A stretch of 64,000 nucleotides of DNA, taken from the NCBI GenBank assembly GCA_043228905.1, contig JBHGNT010000022.1, positions 9,486,001-9,550,000 on the forward strand. The letters run 5' to 3'. The stretch is from Azolla caroliniana. Taxonomy: Eukaryota; Plantae; Polypodiophyta. Positions 48,901 through 57,234 of the stretch are shown here, piece by piece (the first letter of the stretch is position 1; each line of letters begins with the position of its first letter). The notes beneath the pieces were generated by a model, which made no database searches, had not been told where the DNA came from, and was given only the letters and a program-made list of their open reading frames with translations. The position numbers and the translations under genes are program-made.

Positions 48901-49548
48901 GGCTTGTACTTTATCGAACACATCAGCATACTGACGATACTTCTCGGGAAGTTGAACGGTGGACTCCTCTTTGGTGGTGCTGGAGGGTTGTACTGATATT
49001 GCAAAGAGAAACATTTCCTCCTTGCGCCCTTCCTCACGCAACTGACGTAGCGAAATGGTTGCAACCTTCTGGGTAGATCCTTGGGTTTGTCGCAACCGGA
49101 TTTCCCTTGTCCTCCAATCTATGTCTGGGTCATGTAACTCGAACCATGGTAATCCTAAAACTATGGGATGTTCTGGAATACTAATAATATTAAATGATAC
49201 TACACATGTTAAGTTATCTAGGACAATATTAACGGGTTCCGACTCTTCTATGATATTACCAGAAGCAATGGGACGACCATCAATGACTACTACTGAGGCT
49301 GGACATGGGAGCTTTCTGAGAGATATCTGATGAGCTCGGGCAAAATTCCTATCCATGAAGCAAGAATTAGCTCCGGAATCTAGAAGGGCTAAGGTATGTA
49401 CTGGAGGGGTACTTTTAGTACTAACTGCTACTTGGACTACGAACACATCACTAACTTGCTTAGAGGGAATGGAACCACTAATGGGCTGCACAGATCTAGG
49501 GCTGTCCAACCAAACGGCTCCTATTTTGGCTGGACTTAGTCGTTTAAC
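45952..49548 (-). CDS. Gypsy I pol: PR-RT-RH-IN-chromodomain (probably via -1 frameshift from gag)
   Basis: LLDSGA, YLDD, DASD, HHCC, DFITDLP..SDRG..E, GPF, YEVAAILDS..YLVDWLGY..TWEP; uninterrupted. Confidence 0.95.
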   Translation of the reverse strand, partial: VKRLSPAKIGAVWLDSPRSVQPISGSIPSKQVSDVFVVQVAVSTKSTPPVHTLALLDSGANSCFMDRNFARAHQISLRKLPCPASVVVIDGRPIASGNIIEESEPVNIVLDNLTCVVSFNIISIPEHPIVLGLPWFELHDPDIDWRTREIRLRQTQGSTQKVATISLRQLREEGRKEEMFLFAISVQPSSTTKEESTVQLPEKYRQYADVFDKVQANTLPHHRPYDCAIDLQPGKEPPWGPIYNLSPTELEVLRAYIEENLENGFIRHSKSPAGAPIFFVKKKDGSLRLVVDYRGLNKVTVRNRYALPLISSLLERINGARFFTKIDLRGAYNLVRIRPGDEWKTAFRTRYGHFEYTVMPFGLTNAPAVFQHMANDIFRDLLDDFLIIYLDDLLVYSKTQEEHDSHVLLVLKRLREHGLYAKLEKCSFGCNQVEFLGYVISSEGISMDPAKVKTVIEWHTPRSVRDVQCFLGFANFYRKFIQNYSKIVLPLTQLTRKGQSFIWSKETDMAFESLKKAFTSAPILGHVDPEKPFIIEADASDFALGSILSQQGNDEKLHPVAFHSRKFDAAEINYEIHDKELLAIVDSFMQWRHFLEGSPHQVTVFSDHKNLAYFQDARVLNRRQARWAHFLTRFDFKITYRPGKHQGKADALSRRSYLTPRPGEPAFDNQKQVILGPARLQAAQIFDMPVDSDITNTIREDLKTDAFAQAILAQIDPSRASCSQSQSPGTDYRQFKYCDGLLFFKELLYVPNGSCRLRVVQNCHDTYTAGHFGSTKTLDLVQRSFWWPRMRQFVEDFVRTCDTCCRAKMPRHHPYGLLEPLPIPSKPWQSIALDFITDLPVSKGFSAILTVVDRYTKMAHFLPCTKEISSEDTAEIVMREVCRHHGLPDNIISDRGPQFVSKFWKHLFKMLKVTCNLSSGYHPQTDGQAERTNQTLEQYLRCFLNYHQNDWADILQFAEFAYNNAIHASTKVTPFYAYTGYHPRWCVLETPEVSTNPCAEDRLERLRKIQADLSTQLQQAQQSHKDYADRHRLPSSFNIGDRVWLLRRHIKTTRPCEKLDYRRLGPFRIIGKINDVAFRLELPPQLRIHPVFHSSLLEPYHESTIPGRTIQPPPPIELEDGPEYEVAAILDSKIVRNKLYYLVDWLGYSPSERTWEPIENVTNARALLEDFHRRYPEKPGPQSKTTRETRRFKGGIVS
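49495..49548 (-). promoter_or_regulatory. Predicted -1 ribosomal frameshift signal
   Basis: G_UUA_AAC in gag frame, 6-nt spacer, 11-bp stem GUCCAGCCAAA/UUUGGUUGGAC, loop UAGG can pair with downstream CCUA. Confidence 0.75.
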
Positions 49549-50705
49549 TCTTCTTCTAATTGGCTAAGGACATCAAATTTGTTTGCGAGATTCGGACTAT
49601 TAGTACTATTAAGACTATTATGACTATGAGGATTATCAGAGATTCCTACTGACATAGACTCGGGTTTAGTATAGTCAGAACTAACAATGACTTGGTTTAC
49701 CTGCCTTCTTGGTCTATGGGGACAGTTTATCGCGATATGCCCTGGTCCACCGCAATAAAGGCATAATCGGTTTGTTCGGCGTCGTTGCTTTTCCTCCTCC
49801 GATAGCGGCCCACGACGACGTGTAGTGTCAATTTCCATTGGAGTTGGAGTACTTACTGGAGGCGCATTATGTGACTCCCTTTGAAAAGGTTTCGCTACCA
49901 CTGAGGCATAGGTAGGCTCGGATCTTGCCCTCGGCATCTGAAATTGTCGTTCCGAACGTCGCTCGAAGAGGCGGTTGTCACATCTGACCGCTCGACTGAT
50001 TGCTTCTGTTAATGATTTTGGCTCTTCAGGGAAAGTCAAGAGTAAATCCTTGACATCGTTGCGTAGACCATAGCGGAACTGCTCCATCAATGCTTGATCA
50101 TCCCAGGGGATATCGGCGGCGAGTAGGCGGAAATCTGCAGCATATGCGGAGGCTGGACGGTCACCTTGGCGTAATCGCCGGATTTTGTTGATTGCAGTCC
50201 TTATGCTGTCAGTATCTCCAAAACATGCTTTAAACTCACTTATGAATTCTTCAAAATTATTTAGTACTGGAGATTCCTTTTCTAGTAGCGGAGCGAACCA
50301 TGCTAATGCTGAGCCATTTAACAACGTGCCTACTAAACCCACTCGTGATGCATCGGTGGGATATCGGGACGGATGCATTTGAATAACTAACCGTACCTGG
50401 TTAAGAAACCCTCTAAACTGCGATCGCGTTCCATCGAACTTCGTGGGAAGGCCAATCTTGGGTTCTTTATGAATCCCTTGTGCTCCGTGCCCTTGTTGTT
50501 GCATTGCTACGATGGTTGCTTCGAGTTGTTGCACGCGTAACGCAAGTTCCCCATGCTGTTGTTGCGTTTGCTGCTTTTCTAAGGAAATTTGCTGAAGATC
50601 CCCCAACAAGCGTTGATTTTCTTGTTCCAAAGCATGAAACTTCTCTTTCAAGCATTGAAATTCCGAGAAAACGGATTGATACTCTTCAGCGCTAACGGTG
50701 GCCAT
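49536..50705 (-). CDS. Gypsy I gag (389 aa)
   Basis: PTKFDGTRSQFRGF, LRQG, PTPMEID, CLYCGGPGHIAINC. Confidence 0.95.
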   Translation of the reverse strand: MATVSAEEYQSVFSEFQCLKEKFHALEQENQRLLGDLQQISLEKQQTQQQHGELALRVQQLEATIVAMQQQGHGAQGIHKEPKIGLPTKFDGTRSQFRGFLNQVRLVIQMHPSRYPTDASRVGLVGTLLNGSALAWFAPLLEKESPVLNNFEEFISEFKACFGDTDSIRTAINKIRRLRQGDRPASAYAADFRLLAADIPWDDQALMEQFRYGLRNDVKDLLLTFPEEPKSLTEAISRAVRCDNRLFERRSERQFQMPRARSEPTYASVVAKPFQRESHNAPPVSTPTPMEIDTTRRRGPLSEEEKQRRRTNRLCLYCGGPGHIAINCPHRPRRQVNQVIVSSDYTKPESMSVGISDNPHSHNSLNSTNSPNLANKFDVLSQLEEELND

Positions 50706-50778
50706 GGGATGAAGGAAAAGGGAAATAAGAGACTAGTAGGAAAGGAGAGAGACAGAAGGAAGAGGGAGACTAGTAGGG

Positions 50779-50791
50779 CAAATCGGTTCAA
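50779..50791 (-). promoter_or_regulatory. Self-priming PBS of Gypsy I
   Basis: Sense TTGAACCGATTTG is the reverse complement of the LTR sequence at 51034-51046, ~32 nt downstream of TATAAAAG. Confidence 0.8.
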
Positions 50792-50926
50792 ACTGTCAGG
50801 AACTCTATTAAGGCAGAGAAGGAATTAGTACTAAAAGAAGGATTAGTACTATTGTTGGGGAATAGTACTAAGACAGAGAAGGATTAGTACTATGAGAGGT
50901 GTCGAACTTTGAGAGAAGGAATGAGT

Positions 50927-50964
<38 letters not shown>

Positions 50965-51261
50965 TGATGCGAAAGATATATGTATTATATGACGGAAGAT
51001 ATACAACAGTAGTTAGAAGGCTTAAGACTGGCGTTGAACCGATTTGGTTCGAACTAATGCCTTGCGCCTCCTTTTATAGTGTCTTCAGGAATACTCCTGA
51101 AGTTTCTAGAATGTTCCAGAGAAATCTGGAATATACATCAATTTCCTAATAAAACCTAAATGAAAATAATATCCTTCAAATTACAACTCATAACCTAATG
51201 GTAAAGTCTCGACCCGTGTAACAAAAGGTTATGGGTTCGAGTCTCGAGTCTAGTTATGACA

Positions 51262-54200
51262 TCACTTCGGCATGGGATGTCTCTCCAACCCGATCCTCTT
51301 CCGGCATGCTTCCAGTTTGTCGGGTGTGAGCACCTTGGTCAGCATATCCGACCCGTTCTCGTCCGTGTGGATCTTCGTCAACACGAACTCCTTGTCTTCT
51401 ATCCTTTCCCGGATCCAGTGGTATCTACGCTGGATGTGTTTCGTCCGGGAATGGTAGGCCGCGTTCTTTGCAAGGTGGATGGCACTCTGACTATCGCAGT
51501 AGAGTCGGTACTCCTCCTGCCGGATCCCGAGCTCTCTAATGAAGTCCTTCATCCATATTATTTCCTTGCCGGCTTCAACAGCTGCCATGTACTCCGCCTC
51601 CGTGGTTGACAACGCAACCGTCTTCTGCAGCCTCGACTGCCACGAAACGGCTCCCCCTGCATAGGTCATTACATACCCTGATGTAGACCGGCTGGTATCC
51701 GCATCAGCCGACATGTCCGAATCGGTAAATCCATCGAGTTCGGGCTTACCGGAGCCGAATCGGAGGCACATGTTCGAAGTGCCCTTTAAGTATCGGAGTA
51801 TCCATTTGACCGCGTTCCAGTGCTCCTTGCCGGGATTGCTCATGTACCGGCTCACCACTCCGACTGCATATCCGATGTCCGGTCTCGTACACACCATGGC
51901 GTACATCAAGCTCCCGACGGCTGAGGCATACGGCACTTTCATCATATCCTCCTTTTCAGCCTTTGTCTTGGGACTTTGCTTGCTGGACAGCTTGCAGTTT
52001 GTCGGGAGGGACGATCCGACCGGTCTCGCTTCCGACATGTTGAACCGGTGAAGCACCTTCGTCACGTACTTCTCCTGTGACAGCCACAACTGCTTCTTCT
52101 TCCGGTCCCGGATGATGTGCATCCCTAGTATTTGCCTCGCCGGACCCAGGTCCTTCATTGAGAAGGTTCGGTGAAGAGCCTTCTTCAGCATCCGTATCTT
52201 GACCTGGTCCCGTCCGACGATCAACATGTCGTCCACGTACAGGAGGAGTATTAGAAAGTCTCCTCCTTCAAACTTCTTCACAAACACGCAGTGGTCGGAC
52301 TGCGTTTTGAGATACCCTTCGTCGGTCATGAAGGAGTCGAACTTCCGGTACCATTGCCGGGGAGCCTGCTTCAGTCCGTAAAGGCTCTTCTTCAACCGGC
52401 ATACCAGGTGCTCCTTCCCTTTCTTCTCGAATCCTTCCGGTTGCTGCATGTAGATCTCTTCTTCGAGGTCACCGTGAAGGAATGCCGTCTTCACGTCCAT
52501 CTGTTCTACCTCGAGGTCCATGCTTGCCGCTATGCTCAGCACCGTCCGGATGGAGGTCATCTTCACTACCGGGGCAAATATCTCGTCGAAGTCGACGCCC
52601 TTCTTCTGCTGAAACCCCTTCACCACGATCCTGGCTTTGTATCTCGGGGGGTTTCCGGCATCTCCCGGTTTCAGCTTGAACACCCACTTGTTACGGAGTG
52701 CCCGTTTTCCTTTCGGCAACTCCACAAGTTCATATGTGTGGTTCTCATGCAGGGAATCCATCTCGTCCTGCATGGCACTCAACCACCTGCGGCTCTGGGT
52801 GTCGTGCTTTGCTTCTTCAAAGCTCTCCGGCTCCCCCTCGTCGGTTAGCAACACGTGCTCTGGTTCCGGAAATCTCCGGGGGGCCCTTCTCTCTCTTAGA
52901 GGATATCTCCGTTCGGGAGCTTCGGTAACCGGTTCTTCCGATTCTTCTTCTTCATCCGAATCCATTTCGGGATCGGGGCCGGTTCCGGTATCAGTTTCAT
53001 CTTCCTCGGCCGGTTCTGTTTCTTCACCGTCTTCGGCCGGATCCTCAAGTGCTAACCGGTCCCTTGCCGGTCGGGACTGCTCCTCGTAGAGTTTATCCTC
53101 ACCGGTCGACTTGGAGCTCTTCATCTTCTTCTCCGACTCCCAGTCGGCTAGTATCTTGTCCTCCATGAAGATGATATCTCGACTCCTGAATATCTTCTTG
53201 TCGACCGGGTCCCATACTCGGTAGCCGAACTCGTCGTCGCCGTAACCGAGGAATATGCATGGCCGGGTCTTTGGATCTAACTTTCCTCTCCGGTCCTTTG
53301 CCGCATGCACGTATGCGAGACACCCGAACACCTTCAGATGCCGGTAGGATACTTCCCTACCGGTCCACACTCTCTGCGGCGTGTCTCCGTCCAAAGGTAC
53401 TGAGGGTGATCTGTTTATCACGTATGTCGCCGTCGACATCGCCTCAGCCCAAAACCCCTTGGGTAATTTCGCATGCGCCAGCATACTCCGGACCCTCTCC
53501 ATTATGGTCCGGTTCATCCTCTCGGCCAGCCCGTTCAGTTCCGGCGTCTTCGGCACAGTAAACTCGAGCCGGATTCCCTTCGAGCGACAGTACTCCTGGA
53601 ACTGCCCCCGGTATTCCCCTCCGTTATCCGCTCGTATCGCTTTCAGCTTCTTGTCGGATTCTCTTTCCACTCTCGCGTGGAGTTCTTTGAAGACGGACAA
53701 CACTTGGTCCTTTGTCTTCAACGGTGCCGTCCACAGCTTCCGGCTGTGATCATCAATGAATGTCACGAAGTACTGGGCTCCGCCATGTGACTTCGTTTCT
53801 ACCTGACACACATCAGTGTGCACCAGCTCCAATGGTGCGCTACGTCTCGTCGGTGGCCTTGAGTGGAAGGAGGTCCGGTTTTGCTTACCGGCCAGGCAGT
53901 CGGTGCACTTCTCCAGGTGCACATGCTTCACTGGAATAAGGTTGTCTTCTGCAAGCCTCTTCATCCCCTTCTCACTCATGTGGCACAGTCTTTTGTGCCA
54001 CAGCTCACCGGCAGTGTCGGCTGCCACGTTCAGCTCTTCCGGACATAACCGGGCATTCATCAGGTATAGAGTGTTGACCTTCCGGGCCCGAGCCACTATC
54101 AGGCTCCCTTTGCTGAACTTCATGACACCGTTCCGGATGCTGCCCGTGTAGCCTTCATCGTCTAGCCTCCCGGCCGAGATCAGGTTCAATCGGACCTCCG

Positions 54201-55338
54201 GAACGTGTCGAACATCCTTCAGCAGCATCTTGCATCCGGTTGATGTCATCAGCCACACGTCTCCTATGCCGGCAACCCGGCATGTACCTTCATTTCCCAT
54301 CCGGACACAGCCGTGCTCACCGGCTGTGTAGGATGAGAAGTATTTCTTCTCCGGGGTCAGGTGGAACGACGCTCCGGAATCGACCACCCAGGTCATCTCT
54401 TCACCGGCAAGGTTCAGCTCCCTCTCTTCGGTAATGAGCATTATCTCTTCTTCACTTGCCGCGAGTGCCGTCGTTCCTTTCCGGTCCTGCCCTCGCCGAT
54501 CCGGACCTCTCCGGTCCGTGGCTCCCCGGTATGCACCGTTTCTCTCCGGTGACTTCTTCGAATCGGTGTCGTCGGCTCCGTTGTCCTTTCGGTAATGCCG
54601 ACAATTCTTCCGGAAGTGCCCCGTCTTCCCACAGTGGAAGCATGTGGGCCTTCCTCTTGACTGCGACCGGGTCCCCGACTTCTCCCGTCTTTGCGGACTC
54701 CGGTTCCGATGTCTCCCCCATTCCGATTCGGTAAGCAGCGCCTTCGAGTCGGAGGCCGGTTCTTTATCTCTCCGACGCGCTTCTTCGTTCAAAATGCTTG
54801 TCTTTACCGTTTGTAGAGACAAGTTATCTTCGGTGCAGGAGGTGCTGAGAGTCACCACCAAGTTCTCCCAGCTTTCCGGCAATGTACACATCAGAATGAT
54901 GGCTTGCATTGCATCCTCCAACGGGAACTTGATCGCCGCAAGCTGGTTCACGAATCCCATGAACGTGCTTACGTGTTCCACCATACTCTCGCCGTCCCGG
55001 TACTTGAGGTTCACTATCTTTCTCATCAGGGAGGTCCGGTTCAACGCATTCTTCCTCTCGTAGAGGCCCGACAGCTTCCTCCACATCTCATATGCGTTGG
55101 TGTCGTTCGCCACGTGTTGTAGAACGCTCACGTCGACGTATTGCCGAATGGTTGCAACGGCTTTCCGGTTCAGAAGCCTCCACTCCGTCTCAAGTACCCC
55201 CTTGGGTATTTCCGACCTGTCGATCGGTTCATACAGGTCCCGAACAATGAGCAGATCCTCCATCTTTATCTTCCAGTCGGCGTAGTTCTGCGCGTTCAGC
55301 ACCATCATCCCCGGCTGCCCGCTGCTGCCGCCTTCCAT
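51262..55338 (-). CDS. Copia G gag-PR-IN-RT-RH polyprotein (1358 aa, intact)
   Basis: Single open frame from MEGGSSG; CFHCGKTGHFRKNC, VDSGAS, HTD..DNGGE..E, YVDD, DSD..EAEY. Confidence 0.97.
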   Translation of the reverse strand: MEGGSSGQPGMMVLNAQNYADWKIKMEDLLIVRDLYEPIDRSEIPKGVLETEWRLLNRKAVATIRQYVDVSVLQHVANDTNAYEMWRKLSGLYERKNALNRTSLMRKIVNLKYRDGESMVEHVSTFMGFVNQLAAIKFPLEDAMQAIILMCTLPESWENLVVTLSTSCTEDNLSLQTVKTSILNEEARRRDKEPASDSKALLTESEWGRHRNRSPQRREKSGTRSQSRGRPTCFHCGKTGHFRKNCRHYRKDNGADDTDSKKSPERNGAYRGATDRRGPDRRGQDRKGTTALAASEEEIMLITEERELNLAGEEMTWVVDSGASFHLTPEKKYFSSYTAGEHGCVRMGNEGTCRVAGIGDVWLMTSTGCKMLLKDVRHVPEVRLNLISAGRLDDEGYTGSIRNGVMKFSKGSLIVARARKVNTLYLMNARLCPEELNVAADTAGELWHKRLCHMSEKGMKRLAEDNLIPVKHVHLEKCTDCLAGKQNRTSFHSRPPTRRSAPLELVHTDVCQVETKSHGGAQYFVTFIDDHSRKLWTAPLKTKDQVLSVFKELHARVERESDKKLKAIRADNGGEYRGQFQEYCRSKGIRLEFTVPKTPELNGLAERMNRTIMERVRSMLAHAKLPKGFWAEAMSTATYVINRSPSVPLDGDTPQRVWTGREVSYRHLKVFGCLAYVHAAKDRRGKLDPKTRPCIFLGYGDDEFGYRVWDPVDKKIFRSRDIIFMEDKILADWESEKKMKSSKSTGEDKLYEEQSRPARDRLALEDPAEDGEETEPAEEDETDTGTGPDPEMDSDEEEESEEPVTEAPERRYPLRERRAPRRFPEPEHVLLTDEGEPESFEEAKHDTQSRRWLSAMQDEMDSLHENHTYELVELPKGKRALRNKWVFKLKPGDAGNPPRYKARIVVKGFQQKKGVDFDEIFAPVVKMTSIRTVLSIAASMDLEVEQMDVKTAFLHGDLEEEIYMQQPEGFEKKGKEHLVCRLKKSLYGLKQAPRQWYRKFDSFMTDEGYLKTQSDHCVFVKKFEGGDFLILLLYVDDMLIVGRDQVKIRMLKKALHRTFSMKDLGPARQILGMHIIRDRKKKQLWLSQEKYVTKVLHRFNMSEARPVGSSLPTNCKLSSKQSPKTKAEKEDMMKVPYASAVGSLMYAMVCTRPDIGYAVGVVSRYMSNPGKEHWNAVKWILRYLKGTSNMCLRFGSGKPELDGFTDSDMSADADTSRSTSGYVMTYAGGAVSWQSRLQKTVALSTTEAEYMAAVEAGKEIIWMKDFIRELGIRQEEYRLYCDSQSAIHLAKNAAYHSRTKHIQRRYHWIRERIEDKEFVLTKIHTDENGSDMLTKVLTPDKLEACRKRIGLERHPMPK

Positions 55339-56041
55339 TTTCTGTGTTACCGTCGCTCTGATACCACTTTGTTGAAAACCAGTGCTCGGCCACAACCGAG
55401 GAACTGGATCGATCAACTCACAGAAAACGGGAAATACAATATGCACGAAGACAACTGAGAGAAAGGTACACAGGATGTTTTACGTGGAAAACCCTAAATG
55501 GGAAAAACCACGGGAGTCCTCAAACTCCAACTATCAGTATAAACAGAGGTGTACAATGGTGAAGCTACAAGGCAACAACCTTGAGCTCACTGTCTTCGCC
55601 ACAGGCGGCGGTAATACACAGAGGCAACGACCTCTTCGTCTCTCTCTCTTTCTCTCTCTCGGCTGCTCTCTTCGCTCTCTCTAAGTGAGAAACAGAAAAA
55701 TGAGCAACAACACATAAACTGTTTGCCCTAAGTCATATTTATACACATATGACTTTCGGGCTATTTACAAAATATAGCCTCAATGGCTCTTAGCAAACAT
55801 ATTCACAAATATGTCCCTGCATCCGGATCTCTCTCCGGGTACATTCATCATCCGGCTCCGTAGCCGGGGTCTTCAGCATCCAGCTCCGTAGCCGGGGTCT
55901 TCATCATCCGGATCCGTATCCGGGTACTCTTCATCCGGCTTCATGCCGGGTGGTCTTCATCATCCGGTTCCGTAACCGCAACCGGGCTTGCCGTCATTTA
56001 TCTCCGGGGACATCCCATCCGGAGGGACCGAAATCCCAACA

Positions 56042-56823
56042 GAAGCACACCGTACTATCCGCAAGCAAATGGGTTAGCTGAGTCGACGAACAAAACGCTC
56101 CAAAATATCCTTCGGAAGATCGTCAATGAAAATCGAACAGATTGGGACACAAAGCTGCATAGTGCGCTCTGGGCTTACCGGACAGCGTACAAAACAAGCA
56201 TCCAGACAACACCGTTCCGGTTAGCATTCGGATTGGAGGCAGTCATGCCGGTCGAGTTCCAGGTACCAAGCTTACAGATTCAGATTCGGGAACGATTGAA
56301 CGAAAAGGAATCGGAGGCAATTCGGTTAAAGGCCCTGTGCGAACAGGAAGAACACCGACTGGCGAGCATTATGCACCTGGAGTTGGAACAATGGAGAGGG
56401 AAAGCATTTGTAGATCGGCACCGGAAGGGAAACGAAAAGATGTTCGGAACCGGCAAGCCGGTACTCGTGTTGCAGACCCGGATGGGCAAAATGCCAGGTA
56501 AACTACGGTTTAGATGGACCGGACCGTACTGGATTACACGCGAGTTCAATGGGTCCTACCAGTTGGGGACACTTGCCGGAGAAGTGTTGGGAAAATGGGT
56601 CAACGGATTTAGATTAAAACCATACAGAGGACCTATGCCTAAGAACCCATTTGAACGAAGGGCCGCCACCGAATCAGACGCCGGCAGGCCAACCATAACG
56701 GCAGCCGGTGAAGACGACGACTACCACCAAGCCAGTAAGGAGGAGCATGAGCCGGCAAACCGACAAGAGGCCGGAGAGTTGCACGCTTCGGGCAAAGGTA
56801 TGACAGGACTGGAGAACAACTAA
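56042..56823 (+). pseudogene. Gypsy E integrase C-part
   Basis: TPYYPQANGLAESTNK, ALWAYRT, WTGPY, VNGFRLKPY. Confidence 0.9.
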
Positions 56824-57234
56824 CCACACAAGTAAGTTTAAAAAAAAAAAAAAAGAGAGAATAAAGGAGCGAATCAAATAAATCATGGAAAGGAGTGGTG
56901 GAAACGGCCATGCACACGAGGAGTAAAGAGGCACGTCGAAAAGGTACGAGGAGCTATGAATAGGACATTAAACCAACGCCACATGGCACGCAATGCTATT
57001 ATAGTACACGACCTGCACATGCGGAGGCTCGAAAAAGGCGCCAAGATGCAGAGAGAAAAACCCCCACGCATTGAGACCTTCTCCTATCGCGAACCAAGGA
57101 GAACAAACGCAGAGCAACGCGTGAAGATACATCATAGAGAGCTCGCACACAGAGAACCCCCTCCCTTAGAACTTTCTCTCTCACATTCTCCCCACCATCA
57201 AACCTCTCCGACGCTCTCCGCCCTCGACGCAGAG

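Larger units (their letters stand above)
45494..51261 (-). mobile_element. Gypsy I, intact Tcn1-like chromovirus
   Basis: LTRs 45494-45959 and 50794-51261 differ visibly only by one GA unit; TSD TCACT; PPT AAAGGGGGATAG. Confidence 0.95.
44807..56041 (-). mobile_element. Copia G, young and intact, containing Gypsy I
   Basis: 672-bp LTRs 44807-45478 and 55370-56041 appear identical; TSD GAAGC; PBS-iMet revcomp 55355-55366; PPT revcomp ~45479-45492. Confidence 0.97.

Noticed and set aside
55339-55446. N-terminal 36 aa of the 1394-aa ORF
   Set aside because: Lies in the LTR/PBS; the likely start is ATG at 55338
51272-55458. Numerous plus-strand ORFs opposite Copia G, and similar shadows opposite B, D and I
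   Set aside because: Antisense shadows of GC-rich coding sequence
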